The notes below the pieces were generated by a model. That model saw only the letters and a list, made by a program, of their open reading frames with translations, had not been told where the DNA came from and did not search any database. From Tubulanus polymorphus (lineage: Eukaryota; Animalia; Nemertea), in the NCBI RefSeq assembly GCF_964204645.1, contig NC_134029.1, positions 17,664,950 through 17,728,949 on the forward strand: a stretch of 64,000 nucleotides of DNA, given 5' to 3'. How positions within the stretch are numbered: the stretch's first letter is position 1; each line of letters starts with the position of its first letter. Below are positions 53,501-64,000 of this stretch, piece after piece. The translations under genes were made by a program, and so were the position numbers.

Positions 53501-54372
53501 TATCATGCAATAGCTGTTTTCATTTCCTTGCGGGTGAAACATTTGCCTCAGGCTGGTATTGATATGAAATTCTGCTGTTTTTTTTATCTTAAAATAGGGA
53601 TTGTCCCTGTTATTTATTTGGTTGGTAAATTTCGTTTGATTTTTCGATTGAGTGTCCCTTACAGACCCACCACACCTGCCGGGAGCGAAACAGGGGGTTT
53701 GATTTTGAAATCGGAAATTGAAGTACAAATATAGTCGTGTGATCGGCGGTCGAGTTTACAGAATTTAATCGAAGTACATAATTGGGAAATTCGGTTCCGG
53801 TTCATTCAAACAATCTTCCAACCAGTCTGAACCGGCAAACGAATGATTATGGTGAATTTCCTAGGCTGCCAAATTTAATACATCGAGATTTTGGAAATAG
53901 ATTGAAGGTTGAAGATCATTTCGTCAATTTTTATATTTCTTTGGTCGTTTTCTACGTGTAAATAGTCCGATAGTTTATTGTAGTTTTTAGCGCCTGTGCT
54001 GATTGTTTTGTATGTTTCGTCGTGTGCAAATCAGCATCGACAGCTTCCTCTTTTTGTATTTACTTGAAGTTTGTGGTCTGTGAGAGGATTGAATACATAC
54101 CGGTATATTTACGGTACGTTGGTTAAGGCTTGTCGAGGCGTATATATATTTTGGCCTTAGTTGTTGCTGTTTACTTGTTGGTAGCGGTAATGCGTGAATA
54201 GCCACTTGAAGATTTTATTGTACGTTTTTTTCTTTTGTATCGCTGTACATACATGTATGTTTTCTTTCTGCGAAATATAGTGAACTTGAACTTTAGTATG
54301 GCATTATCGTATGATCTAGGTTAATCTATGGTTGGGTTGAATAATCGAAAATAGTTTTTTTCATGGCGAGGT

Positions 54373-54374
<2 letters not shown>

Positions 54375-54461
<87 letters not shown>
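54375..54461. repeat. (AT)n microsatellite, ~43 units
   Basis: Perfect dinucleotide run. Confidence 0.98.
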
Positions 54462-54466
<5 letters not shown>

Positions 54467-54690
54467 AAGCGAGGACATAAGATTTTTCTGCGAGTTTTTC
54501 ACAAAGAAATTCATTTCCTATTAGTAATTTTTTGCGGCAGCTGATTGCAATAGCTGTGATACGTGTCGACGCACCTGTGATCAAAGAACACGCATCTAAC
54601 AGGCACAGCGGAAGCAAACATTGGTTGGGTAGGCCCGACCCTGATGATTGAAGGTAAAATGGCCCAGGTTCCACATGTGAAAGTGAAAAA

Positions 54691-55870
54691 ATTATTTTGG
54701 GAAGTTTGGAAGACGCTTCAAGGTAATGTCTTGATATTTGGTTACACATGTATCTACCCTAGACACATCTTCAGCCCAAAAACTGGCCCTGTCAGATTCA
54801 AGATGACTGACTGGCAGCCATTGTTGTTCGCCAAAATCAGCACTTTTTACACATTTTTGAACTTTTTGAGGGAAATTTTGAAGACGCGTTGATCAATTAC
54901 CTTGATCTTTCGGATATATGTGAATTCCCCCAGGGCCCATCAGCATAACAAAAATTGGGTCGATCGGACTCAAGATGGCCGTCCTCTGACCTTTTTAGTG
55001 CCCAAAAATGTTAATTTTGGCCCAAATTCTGAGTCCTGTAGCTTCCTACTGGTTTATCATTTCTCATTGCAATTTGTGATGGGTATTCTTTGGAAAAGGA
55101 TGTTTTATACCTGAGACAGGTATTTTTCATCAGCCAATTATGACGCAATTGGCGGCCATCTTGGTGTCAGCAGTACTCATTCGTAAGTGGGAAAAAGTTT
55201 TTCCACATTATATTGATACCTAAGCGTATTTTGTTACCACAATTATTTAGAAAGGTGTAGCTCATAACGTGTTCTATGATTGTGGTGAGTTTCAAGGTCA
55301 TTGGTTTTTGTATATGGCCACCAGGGGGCGTTGAATAATGCAATATCTTAGTATTTCTATATTATATTCCTATCAATGCATATTTTGTAACCACAATCAA
55401 TTGCAAAGTTGTATGTCATGACATCATCTATGATTGTGGCAAGTTTTAAGGCCATTAGTTATTCTATATGGTCACCAGGGGGCGTTGAATAGTAGAATAA
55501 CTTAGTATTTCCTTATTATATTGGTACCTAGGCATATTTTGTTACCATGATTAATTACAAAGTTATAGTTCGTGGCATGTTCTATGATTGTGGTGAGTTT
55601 CAAGGTCATTGGGTTTTGAATATGGTCACCAGGGGGCGTTGAATAGTAGAATAACTTAGTATTTCCATATTAAATTGGTAACGAGGCATATTTTGTTATC
55701 ACAATCAATTACAAAATCGTAGCTGCTGACATGTTCTATGATTGTGGTGAGTTTCAAGGTCATTGGTTTTTGTAAATGGTCACCAGGGGGCGTTGAATGT
55801 TGAAATTGTTAGATTGTTGAGCATTTGAAACCACTTCCCAAGTGGGCATGGTGTCCCTGGACCCCTAGTT
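54691..55870 (+). mobile_element. HINE-like family A copy with ~4 x 154-bp tandem monomers
   Basis: TCTATGATTGTGG recurs at 55273, 55427, 55581 and 55735 (period 154); ends in CTAGTT. Confidence 0.87.
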
Positions 55871-56775
55871 AACTATAAATTGTCTAACAAACTTCATTTT
55901 TAATTCCATACACAGTGTATGTTATACGTAAACGAAATCATTCAGCATCAGCGGTTTATGCTGCACGGAGCATGTCTATTTGAGTCATCGGGGAAAACCC
56001 ACTACCACTTATATACCCATGATGAGTCATGCAGTTGCGTGTGATTATTACGTGTGTATAACGCTGAGATCATTTCATTTGACAGATTTTCGATAAGTTA
56101 CTTGGTTCAACTATTAAAGTTTACTTTCTTAAATATTAATGCACCGACCCCCTGAACATGATGTGTTTCCGTCACTAGGGTAATTCCTATCAGTGCACAT
56201 TTTCCACCAGCAACTAATAAGACGTCTCAGTACCTAGAAATTGTATAAAATTGCATTGAAATTTCATATTTTTAAACCCTTATTTTGTCTGCATGGATAC
56301 TTAACTTGCCCTTTTCAATGTTCATGGATCCATGGATCCGTTCCTAGATATACCCTTCTAGCATATTTGAAATATTGAAATTGAAATTGAAGGACAGGTC
56401 ATTTATAGTTTGTGAAGCTGCCGCGTCAAGCCCCATAGGGCTCTTGTTCACCGACTGTTCTGTGAATTTTTTTCTCAGCGTGAATTAAGATCTGAATTTA
56501 GAAAATGTTCGACTTTTCTGCGTGATTTTCCTCGCAGAAACGTATAATTTCCTGTAGTAGTAATGATAATGATCATAATGATAGTAGTGGTGATAATAGT
56601 ATTTATTCGCCATGTATATATGCCGTATAAATAGTTTATCTATATATTCTTGTTTATTTAAAAATTATGAAAAATGATATATGGAATGATAGTTAACATG
56701 CTCTGCTGTCATCGGCGACACAAAAACGAGTTTCGTTTATTTCTATATGAAAACCTTAATGATATATTGCAGCGG

Positions 56776-57849
56776 TCAAGAGAGTCCGATCCAGGTCGCT
56801 GGAAAGTAATCTTCGTGTCCGACTTCTAGCGATAGATTTGAGCCAGGACGAGGCCAATTTTTGTAGTAAATCGTTGTACCATTAGCGAGCCACGACGCCC
56901 ACCAGCCAAATGATCCTGTCGTCATAATCACGTGATTGCACATAGATAATATTGCCATATCAACTGCGGCGCTCTTGCCATAAGAGAATATCGTATTGTT
57001 GTAATATTTGATATTATCCTCGCACCAAACGATATCATCCGACACAACTATAAACAGAATATTCTTATACATTGACGTCATCTTTTGCATGGCACGTTCG
57101 ATATATTGTTCATCGGCAACCACGTATCCGAATCCGATATTAAAAACAGACAGGTTGTCGCCTCTACGAACGTGTATTCCAACTAACTGTAACTTCTTTA
57201 ACGAATTGCGCCTTCCAATGCGTTCCAAATAATTACTAACATTGTCATCGATGAAGTTTTTCGCTTTATGGCGCGTGCGTTTCCGGAAGGTAAATTGTCG
57301 GCGGATTTTATGCGAGTAGTTTTCGAAATACTTAAAAGACTGAAGAAATCCTTTGATATGATACGAATTGTAGCTAGGATTGAGATGAAATGAATTCATA
57401 TTTTTGTCGTATCGTCCTGTATAATTTTCTCGCTCCCTGAATAATTCGTAAGTCGAGACACCCGATTGACTAGGAGCTGTGATTTCAAAAATCGACGACA
57501 GCTGGAATTTTGAGGGCACAACAGGTAACAACGAATACTTTTCAGCCGTTGCATATAAAGCGGCATACTGAAACATTAGATTTCCGAGTCTTCCAAGGAA
57601 TGTAACAGTTAACGTCGGTTCATCAAAATTACTTTTGTCGGTCTTAGTGACTGCGTGAGACTTTTGAGTGGTTGAAAGTTTTCCTAACGGCTCCGCATCA
57701 CAATTACTATGGATTAGTTCCTTAGTTATTTCCTGTTGGGGGGGAGCGTTGTCGGTGAGAAGAAGTCCTCGTAGCGACACTAAAACTAAACACACCGTGC
57801 ATATAATTGGAATCGCAGCCACGATTCTTCGATTGAAACGTCGTGACAT
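56776..57849 (-). CDS. Galactoside alpha-1,2-fucosyltransferase (CAZy GT11, FUT1/FUT2-like), type II membrane protein, 357 aa, single coding exon
   Basis: Within ORF 56776-58047; likely start ATG at 57849 (MSRRFNRR, then hydrophobic anchor IVAAIPIICTVCLVLVSL). GT11 motifs GRLGNLMFQYAAL, GFLQSFKYF, VGIHVRRGD, VSDDIVWC, DMAILSMCNHVIMTTGSFGWWASWL and C-terminal DYFPATWIG. A TTGCAG acceptor lies just upstream of the ATG. Confidence 0.93.
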   Translation of the reverse strand: MSRRFNRRIVAAIPIICTVCLVLVSLRGLLLTDNAPPQQEITKELIHSNCDAEPLGKLSTTQKSHAVTKTDKSNFDEPTLTVTFLGRLGNLMFQYAALYATAEKYSLLPVVPSKFQLSSIFEITAPSQSGVSTYELFRERENYTGRYDKNMNSFHLNPSYNSYHIKGFLQSFKYFENYSHKIRRQFTFRKRTRHKAKNFIDDNVSNYLERIGRRNSLKKLQLVGIHVRRGDNLSVFNIGFGYVVADEQYIERAMQKMTSMYKNILFIVVSDDIVWCEDNIKYYNNTIFSYGKSAAVDMAILSMCNHVIMTTGSFGWWASWLANGTTIYYKNWPRPGSNLSLEVGHEDYFPATWIGLS

Positions 57850-58315
57850 TTTGCATCTTCCGATCTGCAAATTGGTCCTACTGGTGTTGTAAAGACTGGT
57901 GCGGAAATACACGAATTTCCTTGTACCCGTATCGTTTGGTTCTGGAAACATCTCACAGCGAAAAAAAGTTATTCCAACTGCACGAAATATAACTGCTATC
58001 CCAATTCCTGCTTGTTTGAATAATAACTGTAAAATGCGGCAAACCACTACCGGGTATTCACTTTTCCGTTATACGTCGGACAAAACGTGAGAATCTGAAT
58101 TCAAAAGTTATGAATTATGGAATGAGTAACAAATCTCAAAGCTTTACTAATGATGCACTAAATACTTGCGCAGACGAGACTAAATACTTGCAAATCATGC
58201 GCAGACGACTTGACTCGACTCGTGCAGTTGACCGAGTAGATCAGCACCGATCGAGTTGGTTGAAAAACTCGTTTCAGTTTCACTTCAGTTTAGTTCATTT
58301 GCTCAACAATAAATA

Positions 58316-58583
58316 CAATAAAGAAGTTTCCAGTTTCTAGGCGCCATTTTGTGGCGGTCCCTCGAGGTCCCCGTTGTTGCGATAATTTGCGATCATTTTA
58401 AAAACATATGTTTAGATTGAGTGTCATATAGTTCTGCAGTCCCTTGCTTGATTAACTTGATTAATACACCATTTTAAAGGAAACTAAATGCAGGTTATTG
58501 CCGGTGATAATTGGATTTTTTGAACGCAACAATTGAGAGCAGTGACGATGTGAAACCAAGGACCGCATATTTTAACCGCGCGT
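58316..58583 (+). mobile_element. Solo terminal fragment of the 47226 long-TIR family
   Basis: Closely similar to 47226-47493. Confidence 0.85.
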
Positions 58584-59374
58584 CGAAAAAATTGATTCAT
58601 ATTATACAATTATACAAATACTAATAATTAATATAATAATAATAATTTCAAGCGAAGGCTGGTAAGCATTTGTTCAAAAATATAGATAACTTGATTAAAG
58701 TTTTTCTGTTTGAATTTAGTAGCAGCTGTAGGGTAACGTCAGTTGGGTGTCGCCATTTAGTAACTTGGGAGATTACTTCTTTGAACTTGAAAAAAGGGGC
58801 AAACCAAAAGAAAATGGAATTCATCTCCTACAGCTGCTAAATTACTCTGTCGACATATTCTGTCTTTCCGTTCAATCCGGTGCCATCTACCGGTCTCTAT
58901 AGGTAACCCGCACCGGTGATTCTAACAACGGAACCGACACTTTTGGTCTAACCGTAAAAGAAAAAGTTCAGTGATGGAAAATAAGCTCAGCAGTGACAAA
59001 TAGTCAAATTTCACCCCCTTCACGTGATTAATCGATGACCAAATATGTTCTACCGTGTACACTCAGCATTTGGCGTAAAACGAATTATCTCAGGATGCAT
59101 TCTCTTCAAAAGGGTAGCCTATTAGGAAAAGATTTACCCGGTAAAATCCTAATTTGTCCTAAACTATGTTCCAACGTTTATTTTGTAAATCATTCAACTA
59201 TCATCACTAACTGGTTAAGTTAGTTGAATTCACATAAAGATATTTCAGTAGGGACACTTCAATTTCACACCATTCAATGTCATAATGAAACACATTTCTT
59301 TGAAACTTGGTAGTTCTTAAGACTAGGTTTTGTTTCCGAAATTTACCAAATGTGCCAATTCTAATAATTCACTC

Positions 59375-59420
59375 ATTCTCCTGATGAAACTTCTATACAT
59401 TAGAAGCGAAAGCTCGTGCG
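59375..59420 (+). ncRNA. Degenerate minimal hammerhead ribozyme of a second Penelope-like family
   Basis: CUC-CUGAUGA-AA-CUUCUA-uacau-UAGAAG-C-GAAA-GCUC^GUG, followed by AATAAA. Palindromic AGCU stem III. Mismatches at the base of stem II and in stem I. Confidence 0.55.
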
Positions 59421-60710
59421 TCGAAATAAATAGTTAACCTTTAAAGTACTACTCGTCTCTTCATTTAAATTCAAATAATATAAGTCTTTATTGATTCTTT
59501 TATGTTGGAATATGCATAACTTTTTCTGGGCAAATTTTTATATTCTGTCAAGTCATGGGCTCTAAAACGATTTAGACATTAAAACGTTTTAGAGTCCATG
59601 GTCAAGGTATTTTGGCTATAACGAATATGATTAACTCCCTGGGGAAACGATGTTGCTTTTGAAAGATCTCTCCCATTGTGATCCCACCATTTAATTACTC
59701 ATTGTATAAACAACTCTCATAATTAAGCCTCGGACTCTTGAACGAATTCAGAGTCCATGCTTTAGTATAGGCTCTGATATAGAGCATATTGTCTTGATTT
59801 ATAGAATAGAATATGTTTTATTGCTCGACAAAATACAATTGCTTAGAGCACAAAAACAAAATCAACATCTATAACAATTACAATAATTAATGCGGTTCAC
59901 AATTAACAGGTAATTAACATACATAGACGCACATACACATACAGATACAAAATCAAAAACATAAAACAACATATACAAAAATGGTCTAGAGAAATTTAGA
60001 AGCAGTTTTGATAAATTTGGTGAGTTGATTAAGCTGCTTCCCTTTAGTTTTCATTAGTTGGGTAAATTTGTAAACGCTTGGTCTAGTTCTGAAAAATGGT
60101 TTTAAACAATGAGTGCGGATGTTTCGGAAAAAAGGGCATTTAATGTCGTGATGAAATTCGTCCTCAACATCTTCAGTGTCACAGAGACTACAAATTCTTT
60201 CCTCCCTGGGGGTTCGATTGTATCTTCCGGTTTCTATGGGTAATTTGTGGTTTGAGCAACGGAAGCGGCAGAAAATTATTCATAGGTCCGATGGTAATGT
60301 GGTGAGGTATTCTTCAAAGCCCCATTCACTTTTGAAATGTTTATAATATATAGCTGTGTAAGAGTTGTTTAGGGATTCGTGCCAAAGTTGCTGATCTGTA
60401 AAAACTAATCTGTTAAGCGTTGCTGTACGGTGGAAGCATAAATATTTAAATTTGAGGTATTCTGTGTATACCATATTTCGCCCAACCCATTGGTTTCTAG
60501 AACATTTCGTATAAAGACAAGCCATTTACTAGTGTTCCTGTCAGTTAAAAATTGACGGTACAGGCTTTTATACACATACGATGATAATCTGTTAGTATTC
60601 AACAGGTTTCTCCAGAAATTAAGCATTCTGCTCTTAAAGGTAATTGAAAGAGGGAATCGTCCTAGTTCACCATAAACAAAAAACTTGGTGTTGATCTTTT
60701 TAATTTTAAC

Positions 60711-61691
60711 AGGTACTTGAAAAAGGTTAATTGGACTCTTTCTAGCCGGTTTAATAAAGAATAATAAGTGTAGAGACAAAATACTTATTCTAGGGGTACG
60801 AGTCAGTTGATTGAATTCGGTCATTTAAACTAGCCTACTTGCTAAATAAAGAGTGGCCACTGTTGAAAATGAATAATCAGAATCAGAACAATTAGTGAAC
60901 TATTTTGACACAACTTATGTTACTGGAATATACCGAGAGCGACGAGCTCGTGATGTTGATATGCGCATAAACATTAGAAGGGTGCCACCTCGTTACCCGC
61001 CGGCAAAGTGGAATGTTAATACAGCAACATTAAACAACGACCCAAGAACGAATAACGTCTGTAAAGGATGGAATAACCGTTTCCGAAACCTAGTTGGACA
61101 TAACCATCCATCGATATGGCGATCGATCCGATCCCTTCAACTCGAGGCCTCTGTAACATCAACGAGAATTGCCCAACATTATGTTGGGAATGAAACGCAA
61201 CGCAGAGTAAGGAATGTGCACCGTCAACAACAGGAGCGCCTACGTAACCTATGCATCAGATACAGAGATGGTGATGTTGAAATTGAGGCATTTCTCCGTG
61301 GTGTTGGTCACAATATTCACCTCGGATAATCTGTGAAATTTAACAAGCTACGTGCATAAAAATGACATTATTATGTGACTTAGCATATACGACATGCAAG
61401 CTACATGCATCAAAAATGTGACTATCATAATTTTGAAATTCACTATAAAAACTATGGTTTAAAAGTAAAAATAAAATATGTAATGTACTTATGTATTCCT
61501 TAATAATGTTGTAAAAAAAGTTAATTTTTTCTACTCTAGTTTTATAGAAAAGTGGATATGGGGGAATTCTTACCAGGGGGGATTTTTACCTAGGGGGGAT
61601 TTTTACCGGGGGGATTTTTACCTGGGGGGATTTTTACCTTGTGGGATTTTTACCGGGGGGATATTTACCGGGGGGATTTTTACCTAAATTC
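60711..61691 (+). mobile_element. 3' half of a Mutator-like (MULE) DNA transposon inserted in the LINE
   Basis: ORF 60895-61329 contains YFDTTYV..PPRYPPAKWNV..PRTNNVCKGWNNRF..HPSIW, a MULE transposase C-terminal RTNNxxEGWxN region. It ends in a G-rich ~15-16-bp subterminal repeat array (GGGGGATTTTTACC) at 61560-61691. Confidence 0.8.
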
Positions 61692-62568
61692 GTTTCTATT
61701 GAATCTATACATAAAGATAAACTTCCATTGTTACGGAAAAATATACCTAAGTATTTAAAACAATCCACCAGTTCTATTTTGTTACCGTCTATGTAAAACT
61801 CTGGGGGGTTGCGACGCATTCTTTTCTGAAAGATAATTACTTAAGTTTTTTCCAAATGGATTTCTAGTCTCCAAAGTTGGCAGTAGTCAAATAGCACGTC
61901 CATTTCATATTGTAAACTCTCCGGGCTTTCTGCTAGAAGCACAGCATCATCGGCATAAAATAAGGCAAAAAGATTAAACCAGAAATCTAAGTTTTCTTGG
62001 TCATGAAATAAATTAATGCCATCACATTGATTTTCCGATAGGTATGATTCCATATCATTCAAATAAATTGAGAAAAGGATTGGGGAAAGGTTTTCAACTT
62101 GCCGCAATCCTTAAAACTCTGACCTTTAAAATAATCAGACCGTATTCCATCTACACGAACACACGACTTGGCATTTTGATAGATATTAGTAATTACCCGA
62201 ATGATCTTCCCTGTTACACCCATGCTTATGATTTTGTGCCATAACGCTTTTCTCCAGATCGAGTCGAAAGCTTTACAATATAGTCGATAAAGACACAATA
62301 GAGCCTTTTATTACTAGCCAGGAATATATCAATTATTGACTTTAATGAAAAAATATGATCAAGCACCGAGTGCCCCTTTCTGAAACCGGCTTAGTTCTTC
62401 AGCAAAAGATCGTTCATTTCTAAGTAGGCCGTAAGGCGGTCATTAATTAGGCTAGAAAATAACTTTCCTTGGCAGCTAAGGAGGGTAATCCCTCTATAGT
62501 TGTCAGGGTTTGTAACGTCACCTTTCTGTTTATAAATGGGGGTGATAGTGCCAATACTCCAAGCGTCG

Positions 62569-62678
62569 GGGTCCAGTTCCACAGTTCTGAGTTAAGATTT
62601 GACCCTGGGTTAAAAAATTGAAAATGAACTAAGTTTAACTCAGAGTTTACTCTAACTCACAACTGTGGAACTGGGTCC
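62569..62678. mobile_element. Harbinger-like MITE at the edge of the 62568-63134 insertion in the LINE
   Basis: GGGTCCAGTTCCACAGTT / AACTGTGGAACTGGGTCC inverted ends. Confidence 0.7.
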
Positions 62679-62989
62679 TGGTGATTGATCGCCTCTATAT
62701 ACGGATGGAACTTCTCCAAAATAAATCTAACAAACTAGGCGATCTCATGGGATCTAACGTCTGAACCGATGGCTGCCAAGTTCTGAGCAAAATAGAGCTA
62801 GACAAAAGAGAGCTTGACAAAAGAGAGCTAGACAAAAGAGAGAGCGAGAGTCGTGTGCCTCTGGGTTTTATACCCAGCAGAACCAGACGACCACGTCGAC
62901 CATACAACCAGTGTACAGGACTTTGACCTATCAGATCATATTTCCTGAGCACTCGTCATACGGAACAGTATTGTCTATGAATTTGTCTA

Positions 62990-63110
<121 letters not shown>

Positions 63111-63500
63111 AATTAAATTTAGTTAACTATCACTGGTATATCCCCAGTATCTAGAATGTTGTTAAATAATAGGACCAATGTAGGCGATATGAAAGCATGA
63201 GATGCCTTAAGAATTTCATTTGTAATTTGGTCTATTGCTGGCGCTTTGTTGTTTTTCAACCTTTTTATTAATGACTTCGTCTTCTGTAAAGTGGCTATTA
63301 AGTAATTCGTCACCGTCTAGAGTATAATCACTAACGTTTAACAAAGCATCAGGCAAATTCTACCCGTCTACAGGATTTTGTTAAGATCAACATAGAAACT
63401 AAAGAGATCTTCCAATGAGGCACTACATGTGAATGGTTTATCTTTTTAAAAAAAGTTCCAATAGTTTTTTGGTTCTTGACGCTTCATTTGTCTGAGTATG

Positions 63501-63745
63501 ATAAGATAAAAACCCACTATTTAAAAATTAAAAGAAATCTAAAATCGAGAATTTATTTATTGAAACAATTTGAAATATAAGAACACGACGTTGATCACAC
63601 CTGACGATGATCTCTAGTGTGAGATCGAAACGTCGTGTTCTTATATTTTAAATTGTTTCAATAAATAAATTCTCGATTTTAGCCCTTTTAATTTTTAAAT
63701 AGTGGGTTTTTATCTTATCATCTGTTCACAACGTTTGAGTGTGTG
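63501..63745 (+). mobile_element. Penelope-like element remnant (inverted pseudo-LTR plus tail) with 8-bp TSD
   Basis: About 90-bp inverted arms (63501-63592 and 63629-63718). TSD TGAGTATG at 63493-63500 and 63746-63753. Removing the insert restores the LINE reading NNILRQMKRQEPKNYW. Hammerhead motif at the centre. Confidence 0.8.
63597..63638 (+). ncRNA. Minimal type I hammerhead ribozyme (Penelope-type)
   Basis: ACAC-CUGACGA-U-GAUCUC-uagugu-GAGAUC-GAAA-CGUC^GUGU. Core boxes are intact, stem II is a perfect 6 bp, stem I is 4 bp, stem III is the palindromic mini-stem ACGU, and the cleavage triplet is GUC. Confidence 0.75.
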
Positions 63746-64000
63746 TGAGTATGTTGTTAGTATTTCGTACTTTCTTCTTTTTGTTAGTTCTGATGACTTT
63801 CTTATATTGTCTACAGGCCCTATTCATTTCTACCTTACTATGGCAGGTTCTCGCACTTTTATACCTACGTTTCATGGTACGGTAATTTCTCCTAGATTTT
63901 ATAAACTCGGGGCTAAAGGATTTTTACTATTTCGTTTCAAATTGGTTTGGCTTTTTTTCTTTTTCACAACCATGACGGAGGCTGCAGTGCCGACAATGAT

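Noticed and set aside
54326-54749. ORFs with (YI)n tracts (also 62911-63126)
   Set aside because: Translations of (AT)n microsatellites.
57850-58047. N-terminal 66-aa extension of the fucosyltransferase ORF
   Set aside because: It starts at GTG; the downstream ATG gives proper type II topology and is preceded by a splice acceptor.

Overview
AT-rich, intron-rich eukaryotic (invertebrate-like metazoan) DNA, not prokaryotic. I assembled four protein-coding genes by hand from GT-AG splice sites. (1) Cytoplasmic leucyl-tRNA synthetase LARS1: minus strand, 19 exons at 911-13631, running off the left edge. (2) A complete 26-exon, ~1025-aa kinase-less myosin with motor-IQ-Pro-rich-SH2 architecture (class XXVIII-like): plus strand, 18099-50889, head-to-head with LARS1. 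(3) A small secreted LamG/ConA-fold gene nested antisense in myosin intron 18 (32963-34442). (4) A GT11 alpha-1,2-fucosyltransferase with an uninterrupted coding region (56776-57849, minus). Introns and spacers hold many transposable-element relics: two Helentron/HINE-like families with 154-bp and ~145-bp tandem arrays, hAT-like elements with 5- and 6-bp TSDs, MULE, Harbinger and Tc1/pogo MITEs, a 3.2-kb long-TIR foldback, and 29-47-bp CATG-ended mini-elements. A decayed LINE carries three nested insertions; one is a Penelope-type inverted repeat containing an intact-looking minimal hammerhead ribozyme. Exon coordinates were read by eye and may be off by a few bases; no database search was run.
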